Below, one piece after another: positions 9,951-20,102 of a stretch of 64,000 bases of DNA (its first letter is position 1; every line of letters starts with the position of its first letter). The stretch comes from an uncultured Candidatus Saccharibacteria bacterium (GTDB taxonomy: Bacteria; Patescibacteriota; Dojkabacteria; JAOAGR01). A program made the translations under genes and the position numbers. Below the pieces are notes generated by a model. It saw only the letters and a list, made by a program, of their open reading frames with translations, was not told where the DNA came from and did no database searches. The stretch is taken from assembly GCA_964503755.1 (NCBI GenBank), contig CAZDBO010000002.1, positions 128,261-192,260 on the forward strand, written 5' to 3'.

Positions 9951-10661
9951 ATGGAAAAATTTAAAGAATTTCTAATACACCCAGTATTTATTAGCATACT
10001 TGCACTGTCAATTATTGGTGGAGTTTTATATTACTTATTAATAAATGTCCCCGAAGTGCCTTCTGCACAAAGAGTAATTCATTTCAAAGGTAAAGAAGAC
10101 TCAAAGATAGTAATTACAGAATATACAGACTTTCAATGTCCAGCATGTAAAGATTTTTTTGGAACAAAAAAACAAATAATCGAAAAATATGGTGATTATA
10201 TTAGATTTGAAGTTAGACATTATCCTCTAAACACAATACATCCAAATGCTCAACGTGCAGCAGAAGCAGCCGAAGCTGCAGGTGCTCAAGGTAAGTTTTT
10301 CGAATATAGCGAGATCCTTTTTGAGAGACAAAGTGAAACTCAAAATTGGAATACAGAAAAGTTTGTGGAGTATGCGCGTGAAGTAGGTGTAAATGATATA
10401 GAGAGATTTAGAAAAGAATTAGTTAATAGATATTATCAAAAAGCAGTTATTGAGAGTCTGAATGAGGCTCAATCTAAAGGATTCACTGGTACTCCAACGG
10501 TTTTAATTAATGGTAAAGTTTATGAATTAAACGGTCGTCCATCAGTGCCTTCTTATTCTGAGCTTGAAAGTGAAATACTTAGACTAGCAAAAGAATACGG
10601 TATTGAAATAAAAACAGATGATGAAGCTCCTCAAGTTACGGAAAATAACAATGCTAATTAA
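9951..10661 (+). CDS. DsbA-like thiol-disulfide oxidoreductase, membrane-anchored
   Basis: N-terminal TM helix; CxxC active site in FQCPACKDF; thioredoxin-like fold downstream. Confidence 0.7.
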   Translation: MEKFKEFLIHPVFISILALSIIGGVLYYLLINVPEVPSAQRVIHFKGKEDSKIVITEYTDFQCPACKDFFGTKKQIIEKYGDYIRFEVRHYPLNTIHPNAQRAAEAAEAAGAQGKFFEYSEILFERQSETQNWNTEKFVEYAREVGVNDIERFRKELVNRYYQKAVIESLNEAQSKGFTGTPTVLINGKVYELNGRPSVPSYSELESEILRLAKEYGIEIKTDDEAPQVTENNNAN

Positions 10662-10718
10662 ACAGGTACAGATCTGAAAGAAAATAAACAAAATAATACT
10701 CAAACTGAATAATTCGTT

Positions 10719-11516
10719 ATGTTCAAATTTGTTGGAATAAAAAAAAGAAATACTTGGGATCTCATCTGGATACTCTTTAGAACTGAATTTAAGCTCAAAT
10801 ATAACGATTCATTTTTAGGTATTATATGGGTTGTACTAAAGCCATTTTTACTTTATTTGATTTTGTACATTGTATTAACACAGGTTTTTGTAAATTTATC
10901 AATAGGACATTTTTCAATATATCTTTTTATAGGTCAGATGTTTGTAAATCTATGGAGTGAAACAACTTCAAAAGGCATGGAATCTTTTTTGTCCAACGCC
11001 CATCTTATATCAAAAATAGTTTTTCCAAGATATGTTGTTTTAATATCTTCAACCCTTATTGCGATTGTTAACTTTCTTATAAATTGTATAGTATTATCTA
11101 TTTTTATAATACTAAACGGTGTAACTCCATCAATATTTGAAATATTTTGGTTCTTAGCCTGCGCTGTATTACTATATTTTATTGGAATAATAATATCTAT
11201 GTTTATTAGCATCATATATGTCAAATTTCGAGATCTAAAACAAATATGGGAACTATTGAATACGATGATATTTTGGCTTACTCCAGTTTTCTATCTGCCA
11301 GCGAATCTAGCAGACAAAAATGGTCTTTTATATTATATAGTTGAACATATAAATCCTATTTCAGTTTTATTGATTAGTGCTCGTGATGGACTAATTTATC
11401 ATAATATCAGCAAATTTAATGAAATAAGCATATTATTCAGTATATTTTTTATATTAGGAATAATTGGATATGTTTATTATAGAAAAAATATTTCACGTAT
11501 AGTTGAGTCTTTTTAA
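10719..11516 (+). CDS. ABC-2 type transporter permease (polysaccharide/teichoic acid export, TagG/Wzm-like)
   Basis: 265 aa with 6 predicted TM helices; immediately followed by the TagH/Wzt-like ATPase. Confidence 0.7.
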   Translation: MFKFVGIKKRNTWDLIWILFRTEFKLKYNDSFLGIIWVVLKPFLLYLILYIVLTQVFVNLSIGHFSIYLFIGQMFVNLWSETTSKGMESFLSNAHLISKIVFPRYVVLISSTLIAIVNFLINCIVLSIFIILNGVTPSIFEIFWFLACAVLLYFIGIIISMFISIIYVKFRDLKQIWELLNTMIFWLTPVFYLPANLADKNGLLYYIVEHINPISVLLISARDGLIYHNISKFNEISILFSIFFILGIIGYVYYRKNISRIVESF

Positions 11517-11519
11517 TTT

Positions 11520-12305
11520 ATGTCAAATAATATCGCTTTAAAAATTAATAATGTAACAAAAAAATTTGCCAGATCTAAACTTAAATATCAGACCTTTCGA
11601 GAATATTTCTGGAATCTGCCATCCACAATATATCAAGGTATAAAAAATACAACTCATTTTACAAAAAACAAAGATAACGAAAATGAATTTACCGTTCTTG
11701 AAAATATATCATTTGAAGTAAAGAAAGGAGAATTTGTCAGTATAATAGGTAAAAATGGCTCAGGTAAAAGTACCTTATTAAAGATCATAGCGGGCATTTA
11801 TATACCTGATGATGGAAATATAGAAATTTATGGAAAGATTATACCGTTTTTAGAGTTAGGAGTCGGATTTAATCCAGAATTAACTGCAAAAGAAAACGTA
11901 TACCTAAATGGCATTGTTTTGGGATTAACAAAAAAAGAAGTCGACCAATTTTATGATCAGATTATTGATTTTGCAGAAGTAAGAGAATTTGAAAATATGA
12001 AATTAAAGTATTTCTCTTCTGGAATGCAGGTCAGATTAGCCTTTTCTGTAGCTATACATGCTAAAGGAGATATATATTTACTAGATGAAGTTTTTGCAGT
12101 AGGTGATATGAATTTCCAAAAAAAAGCTTTAGATGCTATACATAAAATAATCAAGTCTGGTAAAACAATAATATATGTAGGGCACGGTATGGATACAGTG
12201 CGTAAATATTCATCAAATGTAATTTATTTAAAAAACAAAAAGATCGAAGCAATAGGTCTTAATGCTATTGATAAATACATAAACGATCAATCTTCATCTG
12301 ATTAA
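11520..12305 (+). CDS. ABC transporter ATP-binding protein (TagH/Wzt-like)
   Basis: Walker A GKNGSGKSTLLKIIAG, signature FSSGMQVRLAFSVAI, Walker B IYLLDEVFAVGD. Confidence 0.85.
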   Translation: MSNNIALKINNVTKKFARSKLKYQTFREYFWNLPSTIYQGIKNTTHFTKNKDNENEFTVLENISFEVKKGEFVSIIGKNGSGKSTLLKIIAGIYIPDDGNIEIYGKIIPFLELGVGFNPELTAKENVYLNGIVLGLTKKEVDQFYDQIIDFAEVREFENMKLKYFSSGMQVRLAFSVAIHAKGDIYLLDEVFAVGDMNFQKKALDAIHKIIKSGKTIIYVGHGMDTVRKYSSNVIYLKNKKIEAIGLNAIDKYINDQSSSD

Positions 12306-12470
12306 TCCTTGGTAATATAACAAACAAATGAATAAGAAGTAAAACGTAACTATATAGTTTAAAAGACATTCATTTTATTTATATAATTCTGCGAATGGTA
12401 CAAATTAACATTAATCCGTGTTGAACAAACTAAAAAACTATTTTATTATGACCAAAAACACAAACCAAAC

Positions 12471-12929
12471 TTATTTTTTCTCAAAAACAACATATTTGTA
12501 CATTAAAAAACTAAAAATTGTCTGAAAAAACATAACTATAAACTTAGCTACGAATGCATGATAAACTAAAGGATGAATGATACCAACCATAAAGCCCTGA
12601 AAAACTATAATATTAAATATATGTGTTGCTAAAAATTTTGAAAAATATTTTGCGTTTTTAACTCTTTTTACTTCAAACACCCACATATTCTGAAATAAAT
12701 AATTTACTAGTACAGCTATAACAGCAGACATAATACTAGCAAGATATATATTTGTAGGATATAAAACCAAAGTAAAATTGTAAAAATGAAATAAGATATG
12801 ATAGAGGCCTGCGTCTATCAAAAAGGTTGACAACCCAACTATCAAAAACCTATGTATTTCTTTGTTTTTGATAATATTTTTGACTCTATTTAAATTTTTG
12901 TCTAAAAAATCCACATGCAAATATATCAT
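12471..12929 (-). CDS. GtrA-family membrane protein (polyprenyl-phosphate sugar flippase-like)
   Basis: 152 aa with 4 TM helices; FLIVGLSTFLIDAGLYHILF is GtrA-like. Confidence 0.65.
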   Translation of the reverse strand: MIYLHVDFLDKNLNRVKNIIKNKEIHRFLIVGLSTFLIDAGLYHILFHFYNFTLVLYPTNIYLASIMSAVIAVLVNYLFQNMWVFEVKRVKNAKYFSKFLATHIFNIIVFQGFMVGIIHPLVYHAFVAKFIVMFFQTIFSFLMYKYVVFEKK

Positions 12930-12948
12930 TATTTGATAAAATTTTTAA

Positions 12949-14625
12949 ATGCTTGATCTATTTTTAGAGACAATAAAAAAACTTGAGATCACAAACTCCA
13001 CCAATGAGAAAATAGACATCATAGCTGATGCATTAAGACAAATAAATATCGATGAAGAACTTTTACTTTTCTCGCGTTATTTGTGTGGGATAATCTATCC
13101 ATCATATAGTCCCAAAAAAATTAATCTCGGCACTAAACTCCTCATACAAGCAATAATAAAAGCATATAAATTAGATAAAGACACATTTCAAAAGTTTTTT
13201 AAAGGATCAGAAGACATATCAGAATGCATATCAAAGATTCACTCACAATGCGAATTGAGTATTAGAGAATCACTTATCTTTTCGGATAAATCTATACCCA
13301 AATCTTTACATGATATTCAGATTTTATTTGATGAAATAAGCAATATTTCAAGCAATATACAAAAAGTAAACTTTACTATTGACTTAATTTTCACTTTACC
13401 ACTAGATATATTACTAATTGTTATAAAAATTTTAACAAACACTCTGAGGATAGGTATCAAAGAAGCAATAGTAGAAAAATCTATATCAAGAGCTTTTAAC
13501 AAAAATATTCAAAAAATCCAAGAAGCCAATTTTTATCTTGGTGATATAGGAGAAGTAGCCGTACATGCAAAAAATAATACGTTATATAAAATTAAATTTA
13601 GACTTTTTCATCCTATCAAAGTCATGCTAGCCTCCAGCCAAGAAACGATAGACGAAATATTTGAAAGAATGGGAAACAATGTATGGTGTGAATACAAATA
13701 TGACGGAATCAGAGCACACATTCACAAAGATAGAACAAGAGTCGAAATCTATACTCGTGATCTAAAAAATATAACAAATCAATTTCCAGAAATAGTTAAA
13801 TTTTTTCAATATATTAATCAATCAGATTTTCTGATAGATGGAGAAATAGTACCGTTTCAGAATAATAAAATAATGCAATTTTCACTTCTTCAAAAAAGAC
13901 TAGGAAGAAAGGAACGTATAGAAAAAGAAGCTGAACAAAATCCATGTATCTTTATTGCTTATGATATTATTTACAACGAAGGCGAACTAGTTACCAATTT
14001 ACCATTACATAAACGAAGAGAGCTGTTAGAAAATAAATTTTCATCAAGCGGGTTATTATTCTCTAAATATAAGATAGTAAATACAAAAGAAGAATTTATT
14101 GATTTTTTCAAAGAAAGTAAAAAAGAGGGTAGAGAAGGACTGATGATCAAAAAAATAGATTCAATATATGAATCTGGTAAAAGAGGAATAAATTGGATTA
14201 AATATAAAGAAACTTTAGATCCTCTAGACGTAGTAATCGTCAAAGCCGAGTGGGGAGAAGGAAAAAACTCAAAATATCTGAGTCAATATACATTTGCTGT
14301 ATGGGATGAGAAAAAAGAAAATCTTGTAGAGATTGGCAAAGTTTATTCTGGAGCTACAGAAGAATTACTAGAAGAACTTACGAAAAAATTGCAAAAACAT
14401 GCAATCAAAGAATTAGAAAATGGTTATGAAGTAAAACCAATTATTATCTTAGAAGTTGCGTTTGAAAATATCCAGAAATCCGATAGGTATAATGGCGGCT
14501 ATGCAGTCCGATTTCCTCGAATTTTGCGTGACAGAACTGGAGACAAAAGCATTGATGAGATTAATACTATTGATGACGTAAAACATCTGTATAATAAGTT
14601 ACAACAAAAATCAACTGAGTTCTAG
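12949..14625 (+). CDS. lig: ATP-dependent DNA ligase (archaeal/eukaryotic-type, three-domain)
   Basis: Motif I KxDG in CEYKYDGIRAH (adenylation lysine); 558 aa with N-terminal DNA-binding, adenylation and OB domains; motifs EGLMIK and WIKYK. Confidence 0.85.
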   Translation: MLDLFLETIKKLEITNSTNEKIDIIADALRQINIDEELLLFSRYLCGIIYPSYSPKKINLGTKLLIQAIIKAYKLDKDTFQKFFKGSEDISECISKIHSQCELSIRESLIFSDKSIPKSLHDIQILFDEISNISSNIQKVNFTIDLIFTLPLDILLIVIKILTNTLRIGIKEAIVEKSISRAFNKNIQKIQEANFYLGDIGEVAVHAKNNTLYKIKFRLFHPIKVMLASSQETIDEIFERMGNNVWCEYKYDGIRAHIHKDRTRVEIYTRDLKNITNQFPEIVKFFQYINQSDFLIDGEIVPFQNNKIMQFSLLQKRLGRKERIEKEAEQNPCIFIAYDIIYNEGELVTNLPLHKRRELLENKFSSSGLLFSKYKIVNTKEEFIDFFKESKKEGREGLMIKKIDSIYESGKRGINWIKYKETLDPLDVVIVKAEWGEGKNSKYLSQYTFAVWDEKKENLVEIGKVYSGATEELLEELTKKLQKHAIKELENGYEVKPIIILEVAFENIQKSDRYNGGYAVRFPRILRDRTGDKSIDEINTIDDVKHLYNKLQQKSTEF

Positions 14626-15162
14626 TCTTTTATCCTCACGCATTGCTTTTATCAAATTTCCCGCATGTTCAACTATATCTAATCCAATCTCTTCTAAGGA
14701 TTTATAAATATCCTCTCTACTAACACCACGAGCAAAAGCTTTGTCTTTTAACTTTTTCTTTACCCCTTGGCCATCTACATCCAAAAGTTTATTCGGTTTC
14801 ATAAGTGCATAAGCCACAATAAATCCTGATAATTCATCACAAGCAAATAAATATTTAGCCATTAAAGTTTTTCTCGGTACGTTTGTTCTCTCGGGATAAG
14901 CGTGACCCATGATCGCCTCTATTATCTCATCAGAAACTTCATAACCTTTGAGTATTTCTGGAATTCTATTCGGATGTTCATCTGGATATCTTTCCCAGTC
15001 CAGGTCGTGCAAAAGACCTGCAACAGCCCAGTCCTCAATTTCCTTATCAGACAAATTAAATAAACGAGCGTAATATCTCATACAACTCTCCACTGCAAAA
15101 CAGTGTTTTTGTAAATTTGGATTTGAAATCCATTGATTAAGTAAATCATAGTACTTTGACAT
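14611..15162 (-). CDS. HD-domain phosphohydrolase
   Basis: Motifs H...HD (LLHDLDWERY) and later D; 183 aa; its 3' end overlaps the ligase 3' end convergently by 15 nt. Confidence 0.65.
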   Translation of the reverse strand: MSKYYDLLNQWISNPNLQKHCFAVESCMRYYARLFNLSDKEIEDWAVAGLLHDLDWERYPDEHPNRIPEILKGYEVSDEIIEAIMGHAYPERTNVPRKTLMAKYLFACDELSGFIVAYALMKPNKLLDVDGQGVKKKLKDKAFARGVSREDIYKSLEEIGLDIVEHAGNLIKAMREDKRLELS

Positions 15163-15281
15163 ATTTTGTTTTTATCTTATCTTTGATTTGTGTCTGATTC
15201 TGACCCTCATATCAAATTTGTGACAGATCCAAAATTGTAGATTCATCCCCAAGTACCAATGGTAACTTACCATCCCATTTT

Positions 15282-16025
15282 TCAATAAACATTTTTTTTG
15301 ATTACTAATTCATTCAAATTAGCATTGATTAATCCCAACGCTTCAGATTCAGCTTCCGCTGCCACTATCTTTTGTTTTGCCTCTATTTCAATTCTTTTCA
15401 GATCATTCTCCGCTTTTAATGCACGTTGTTCTGCTAACTGCTTTTCTTCAATCGCTTGCGTAAATTCTGGAGAAAACTCAACATTTACTATACTAACGTC
15501 TTCAACTTTGATAAATAAATTACTCAATTTTTGTTTAATCAGATTAACTAATTCATCTCTTACTATCTCACGTTTAGTAATAATTTCTTCCGCTGTATAT
15601 TTAGTATATTTAGCTGTAGTAGCTTTGGTTGCTTTTTGTAATCTAGGAACAATTATTCTATCAATATAATCATCTTGTGTACCCATCTCCTGATATATTT
15701 TATCTACTTGATTATCATCGATTCTATAATTTAGGGCAACAGTAACGTCTAATTGTTGCAGATCCTTTGAAGCTGCAGTAGCTAATATTTGTTGTTTACG
15801 TACTCTAGTTTTGAAAAAAATAGCTCTATCAATAAACGGCATTTTAAATCCTAGTCCCTCGTCTCTTACTCCAACAACACTTCCATATCTGAGAATCACT
15901 GCTTTGTATCCAGCATCTACTATTACTAAAGATGATCGTATTACTATTAAAAGAAGAATTATCAATATAGTATAAACCCATATTTTAGGGCTGGATAATA
16001 ATTTAGAAAAATTTATTTTATCCAT
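15282..16025 (-). CDS. SPFH/band-7 (prohibitin/HflK/C-like) membrane protein
   Basis: N-terminal TM then SPFH domain (AVILRYGSVVGV...GFKMPFIDRAIF) with a C-terminal coiled-coil. Confidence 0.8.
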   Translation of the reverse strand: MDKINFSKLLSSPKIWVYTILIILLLIVIRSSLVIVDAGYKAVILRYGSVVGVRDEGLGFKMPFIDRAIFFKTRVRKQQILATAASKDLQQLDVTVALNYRIDDNQVDKIYQEMGTQDDYIDRIIVPRLQKATKATTAKYTKYTAEEIITKREIVRDELVNLIKQKLSNLFIKVEDVSIVNVEFSPEFTQAIEEKQLAEQRALKAENDLKRIEIEAKQKIVAAEAESEALGLINANLNELVIKKNVY

Positions 16026-16216
16026 AATATTTATATTCTAGCAAATTTTTTATTCAATAAATCACTAGTCTTTATGTTCGCGAAACATCATCGATGGATA
16101 GTGTCTAAAAAACGTTTTAATTTAAAGTAAAGATTTTTATTAATTGTACCCTACAAAAACATAAATTGAATTATATGCATTAAGAAATTTACAAATTTAC
16201 ATTTGAAATAAACATA

Positions 16217-16301
16217 TGGTGCCGAGGAGAGGACTCGAACCTCCACTCTGAAAAGAACATGGTCCTAAGCCATGCGCGTCTACCAATTCCGCCACCTCGG
16301 C
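16217..16301 (-). tRNA. tRNA-Leu (anticodon TAG), long variable arm, CCA encoded
   Basis: Reverse complement reads GCCGAGGTGGCGGAATTGGTAGACGCGCATGG CTTAGGA CCATG...GGTTCGAGTCCTCTCCTCGGCACCA. Confidence 0.85.
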
Positions 16302-16375
16302 TTTGTGTAAACAATTCTAAAATAAAAAATAAAGTTTTACAACAAAATGTAATCATCATATACTGTGTATAATAG

Positions 16376-16948
16376 ATGACAGAGAAAAAAATACAGGCTC
16401 TTGTCTTCAAGGCTCAGGAAGGAGATAAATGCGCATTAGAAAAGATTTATAGACATTATTTCAAAATTGTCTATACCTATGTTTATTCAAAAGTAAATCA
16501 TCTACATGACACTCAGGAGATAGTCTCTGATGTGTTTTTATCTCTTATTACAAATATACAAAAATATCAAGGCAAATCGAACTTCAAAAATTTTGTTTTT
16601 GGAATAATAAAAAACAAGCTTAATGATTATTATCGTAATAAATACAATTATTCTGACTATGTGCAACAGAGCTATCTGGAAAACGAATATTTTTTCAATT
16701 TAGCTGAACCTGAAGAAAAAGTTTATTCTAAAAAAGAAAAATTAATGAAAATACTACAAAAAATTATAGATTCTCTAAAACCAAAATATTCAAAAGTTTT
16801 ACAATTAAGGTTTTTTGCAAATTACTCTGTGAAAGATACTGCAAAAGCGTTGGGAATTAGTACAAATAATGTAAAAGTGTTACAACATAGAGCTATACAA
16901 CAAGCAAAACAGATTTGGCAATCTAAATATGAAGGCAAAATTGATTAA
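16376..16948 (+). CDS. RNA polymerase sigma factor, sigma-70/ECF-like
   Basis: Region 2-like segment (IVSDVFLSLITNIQKY...FGIIKNKLNDYYR) and region 4 HTH (LQLRFFANYSVKDTAKALGISTNNVKVLQHRAIQQ). Confidence 0.75.
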   Translation: MTEKKIQALVFKAQEGDKCALEKIYRHYFKIVYTYVYSKVNHLHDTQEIVSDVFLSLITNIQKYQGKSNFKNFVFGIIKNKLNDYYRNKYNYSDYVQQSYLENEYFFNLAEPEEKVYSKKEKLMKILQKIIDSLKPKYSKVLQLRFFANYSVKDTAKALGISTNNVKVLQHRAIQQAKQIWQSKYEGKID

Positions 16949-17189
16949 TTTAAAAACAAATAATACTTCTCACATAGATGCATTAGAAGAAAGTATATGG
17001 AAAAAATGTTCTACTTTATGCTCTGGTAAAGAATGGAGCTATACTTCACATTCTAAAAAACTTCTTTTTCTAATTTTTTTCATTGTTTTGATAGCACTAT
17101 ATGTATATATTACTTCATTATCTGTTATAGATGAATATGACATAAGCGAAATAGAATCAAAATCTGTGAAATTCCTAATTAGTGAATAA
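16929..17189 (+). CDS. putative anti-sigma factor (small single-pass membrane protein)
   Basis: Overlaps the sigma gene 3' end; cytoplasmic N-terminal segment with Cys pair (CSTLCSG) then one TM helix; assigned by position only. Confidence 0.35.
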   Translation: MKAKLINLKTNNTSHIDALEESIWKKCSTLCSGKEWSYTSHSKKLLFLIFFIVLIALYVYITSLSVIDEYDISEIESKSVKFLISE

Positions 17190-17578
17190 TGATGAGTGAG
17201 GCAAAATATATAAAAATAACTTCAATTTTATTTGTCATTATAACGTTTTTTATAATGTTTCTGGCAACCCATAACATTACTTATAGCAAATCCTCTTTTT
17301 TCAATGAAGCAAAACAGGATACATTAATAGAAGAAGTAAATAATCTAATTAATTATATACAAAATAGATTAGATAAAACTATAGACATAGACAAAAAGTA
17401 TATTTATTTAGATTGTTTAAATAGACTTCAGAAAATAAAATCTTTTCTCAATTCTAAAAATCACGAAATAACTGCAAAAGAAGAGAAATCAATTAGACAT
17501 AAAATACTTTGCATAATAAACGAATTGAAAAGTATGGAAAATCTAAATACAGTAGATAATTCATATATGCAGATATAA
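17189..17578 (+). CDS. hypothetical single-pass membrane protein, co-operonic with the sigma/anti-sigma pair
   Basis: ATGA overlap with the upstream gene; N-terminal TM then a soluble domain. Confidence 0.4.
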   Translation: MMSEAKYIKITSILFVIITFFIMFLATHNITYSKSSFFNEAKQDTLIEEVNNLINYIQNRLDKTIDIDKKYIYLDCLNRLQKIKSFLNSKNHEITAKEEKSIRHKILCIINELKSMENLNTVDNSYMQI

Positions 17579-17835
17579 TGTCGTTTAAATTTAGAATAAA
17601 TTTTAAATAACTTTATTATTATACCATTAATTTTTATAAAATATTCGTACATTAATCAGACTATTACTTTTTATTTGTAATAAAAATACAAGCTTAAAAT
17701 TCTTTGTTTTTCATACTTCGTCAAATAAATATTTTATTTTTTAGAGTTGATTATCAGAGCAAAAATTATAACAAGCTAAATTAATCCTAAATATTTACAT
17801 TATCACATTTATAAAATAATCAGTATAATCTTTAC

Positions 17836-19083
17836 ATGGAAAATATTAAAAATATTTTTTCAGCAATCCCTGGTGGTGATATTGTTTCTATATCTATACT
17901 TTATTTTCTTGGGTCAGCTATTTTAGCTTTTTTCATTTCGCCATTTATTATAAATATTTTGTATAAACTAAATATACGACGTAAGTCAAAAGGAGATATA
18001 ATAGGGAAAAAAGATGAAACACAAAATAAAGTTGGAACGCCGATAATGGGTGGCCTAATCGTTGTTATAACCGTTGTTGTGATTACTCTTATTTTCAACT
18101 GGGAAAGAAGTATGACGTACATTCCAATAGGAGCATTTTTACTCGCAGCATGCTTGGGGGGAATAGATGACATACTAAATACATTCGGCAATCTGCGTAA
18201 TAAACCTAAATCTATTAGAGTACAAATAAATTTGATAAAACACCATGCCAATAAAGTAAAAAGAATCTACTATCTTCTTACACTGCCCTTTGCTATTATA
18301 AAACGTTTATTATTTTTACTTGGTTCCAAACCAAACTCTGGCCTTCATGTATATGAAAAAATATTTATTCAGACAATTATTGGTGTGATAGTTGGATCAT
18401 GGATATATTTTGTTAATAAATGGGACTTTATATGGATACCATATATTTTAAATATTGACATAATAAGAAATATACTAGATCTAATACCAGGAATAAAAGT
18501 GAATCAATTTAGTGATTCTTACACTAGTATAAGTGTGGGTTGGCTAATAATCCCATTTGTAACACTTGTAATCATTACAATATCTAATGCAGTGAATTTT
18601 GCTGATGGAATGGATGGACTTGCATCTGGCCTTTTAATTCAAAATTTTATTGGACTTGGAATAATTGCGTTTAGTTTGGCAGTTTACAACACCGAATTAT
18701 ACGAATTTAGACATTTATCATATTTGGCTTTTACAGTAGCAGGAGCACTAGTTGCTTATCAATACTTCAATATAAAACCTGCACGGATTCAACTAGGCGA
18801 TATAGGCAGTCTTGCCCTTGGTACTTTACTTGCTGTCATAGCTATAGTTATGAAAAGAGAATTTGCACTGTTTTTTATAGCTTTTGTCATACTTTTTGAT
18901 GGAATTTTGAGTCGCATAATTAACACGATATATCGAATATTTAAGGGAAGACGTTTATTTTATGTTATTCCATTTCATTATCATCTTGAATTTATGGGAT
19001 GGTCCGAAGAAAAAGTAGTTATGAGAATGTGGACTATAAATATGATATTTGTTGCATTTGGTGTATGGCTAGCAGGTATATAA
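17836..19083 (+). CDS. mraY: phospho-N-acetylmuramoyl-pentapeptide transferase
   Basis: GTPIMGG, GGIDD, NAVNFADGMDGLASG, LGDIGSLALG and IPFHYHLEFMGWSEEKVVMRMW align with the conserved MraY motifs GTPTMGG, VDDYRK, NAVNLTDGLDGLA, MGDVGSLALG and APIHHHYELKGW. Confidence 0.85.
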   Translation: MENIKNIFSAIPGGDIVSISILYFLGSAILAFFISPFIINILYKLNIRRKSKGDIIGKKDETQNKVGTPIMGGLIVVITVVVITLIFNWERSMTYIPIGAFLLAACLGGIDDILNTFGNLRNKPKSIRVQINLIKHHANKVKRIYYLLTLPFAIIKRLLFLLGSKPNSGLHVYEKIFIQTIIGVIVGSWIYFVNKWDFIWIPYILNIDIIRNILDLIPGIKVNQFSDSYTSISVGWLIIPFVTLVIITISNAVNFADGMDGLASGLLIQNFIGLGIIAFSLAVYNTELYEFRHLSYLAFTVAGALVAYQYFNIKPARIQLGDIGSLALGTLLAVIAIVMKREFALFFIAFVILFDGILSRIINTIYRIFKGRRLFYVIPFHYHLEFMGWSEEKVVMRMWTINMIFVAFGVWLAGI

Positions 19084-19086
19084 TAC

Positions 19087-20067
19087 TTATTGTATTATAA
19101 GCGCCTTCTCGGCAATAAAAGGTAATGATCCATTAATAAAATCTGCTGATTTAACAATTTTTTTACCAGGCACTTGTAACTCTAGGATTTCTAAATATCC
19201 ATCAATCAGTTTCAAATAAATTTTCTTTTGTTTTTTGTCGACAACAAATATTGAATCTTCTGTCGAATTATCCAAATTCAAGTTTGTATATTTAGTGCGG
19301 AGAATGTTTATAAAATGATTGTTACTGAGCTTTACAAATGCTTTAGGATCAGGGTTAGCTCCCATTATTTTTCCATGAGCTACTTTGATAGTATCAAATC
19401 TTGTTATCTCAAAATTTGATTTATTCATATCTGATACATAACAATATGAAATTCCATCTTTTGATTGCTTGCGAAATTTCCAATTTTCAGTTTTAAAAAT
19501 ATTATCAAACTCTCTTTCTAAAATGTCCGCAGCATTCTTTGCCAAAATCTCAATCAAATCACCAGCCGTGTAATCAGGCAAAATATTTATTACATCATAA
19601 GTAAGATCCATCACATCTCCATCATCCAATCTAGGGGTCATTTTTATTATATTTATTCCCGTAGATTTATCTTGATTTATGACTGCCATCTGGATCGGAC
19701 AAGCACCACGGTACTTCGGCAAAAATGAACCATGAATATTTAAAAATCCATACTTGGGTTTTGTTAATTGAGATTTTTTTATTATTGCACCATAAGAGGC
19801 AACCACAACACAATCTATTTTCTTAAGTAATTCGTTAATTATGTCTTCTTGCTGAGAAGTATAAATAGTCAATTGATTATTCTGACAATATTTTAATATC
19901 GGATTTTTCTCGAGTTTCGATCTCGATTTTTGTATTGTTACTATAAAATTTAGATTTATCAAACCTCTTTTATGTAAATCATGGAATTTCTCTAAAATTG
20001 GAAGACTGAAATCAGATGATCCGAAAAAAGCTATACTAATCATAATACTGATATCATTATACCTCAA
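19087..20067 (-). CDS. fmt: methionyl-tRNA formyltransferase
   Basis: N-terminal IAFFGSSDFSLPIL and catalytic LNIHGSFLPKYRGACPIQ (Fmt N..H..LP..RG.API). Confidence 0.85.
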   Translation of the reverse strand: MRYNDISIMISIAFFGSSDFSLPILEKFHDLHKRGLINLNFIVTIQKSRSKLEKNPILKYCQNNQLTIYTSQQEDIINELLKKIDCVVVASYGAIIKKSQLTKPKYGFLNIHGSFLPKYRGACPIQMAVINQDKSTGINIIKMTPRLDDGDVMDLTYDVINILPDYTAGDLIEILAKNAADILEREFDNIFKTENWKFRKQSKDGISYCYVSDMNKSNFEITRFDTIKVAHGKIMGANPDPKAFVKLSNNHFINILRTKYTNLNLDNSTEDSIFVVDKKQKKIYLKLIDGYLEILELQVPGKKIVKSADFINGSLPFIAEKALIIQ

Positions 20068-20102
20068 AAATAATAACTAAATTAGATTAAGTAAATTGTA
20101 TA

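Noticed and set aside
16189-16410. 73-aa minus-strand ORF
   Set aside because: It overlaps the tRNA-Leu(TAG) gene and the sigma-factor promoter region. The translation is an artifact of the tRNA sequence.
17790-17835. TATAAT hexamer 7 nt upstream of the mraY ATG as a possible leaderless-mRNA promoter
   Set aside because: In a 28%-GC genome TATAAT-like hexamers occur frequently by chance. Without a -35 element or TSS data this is not supportable.
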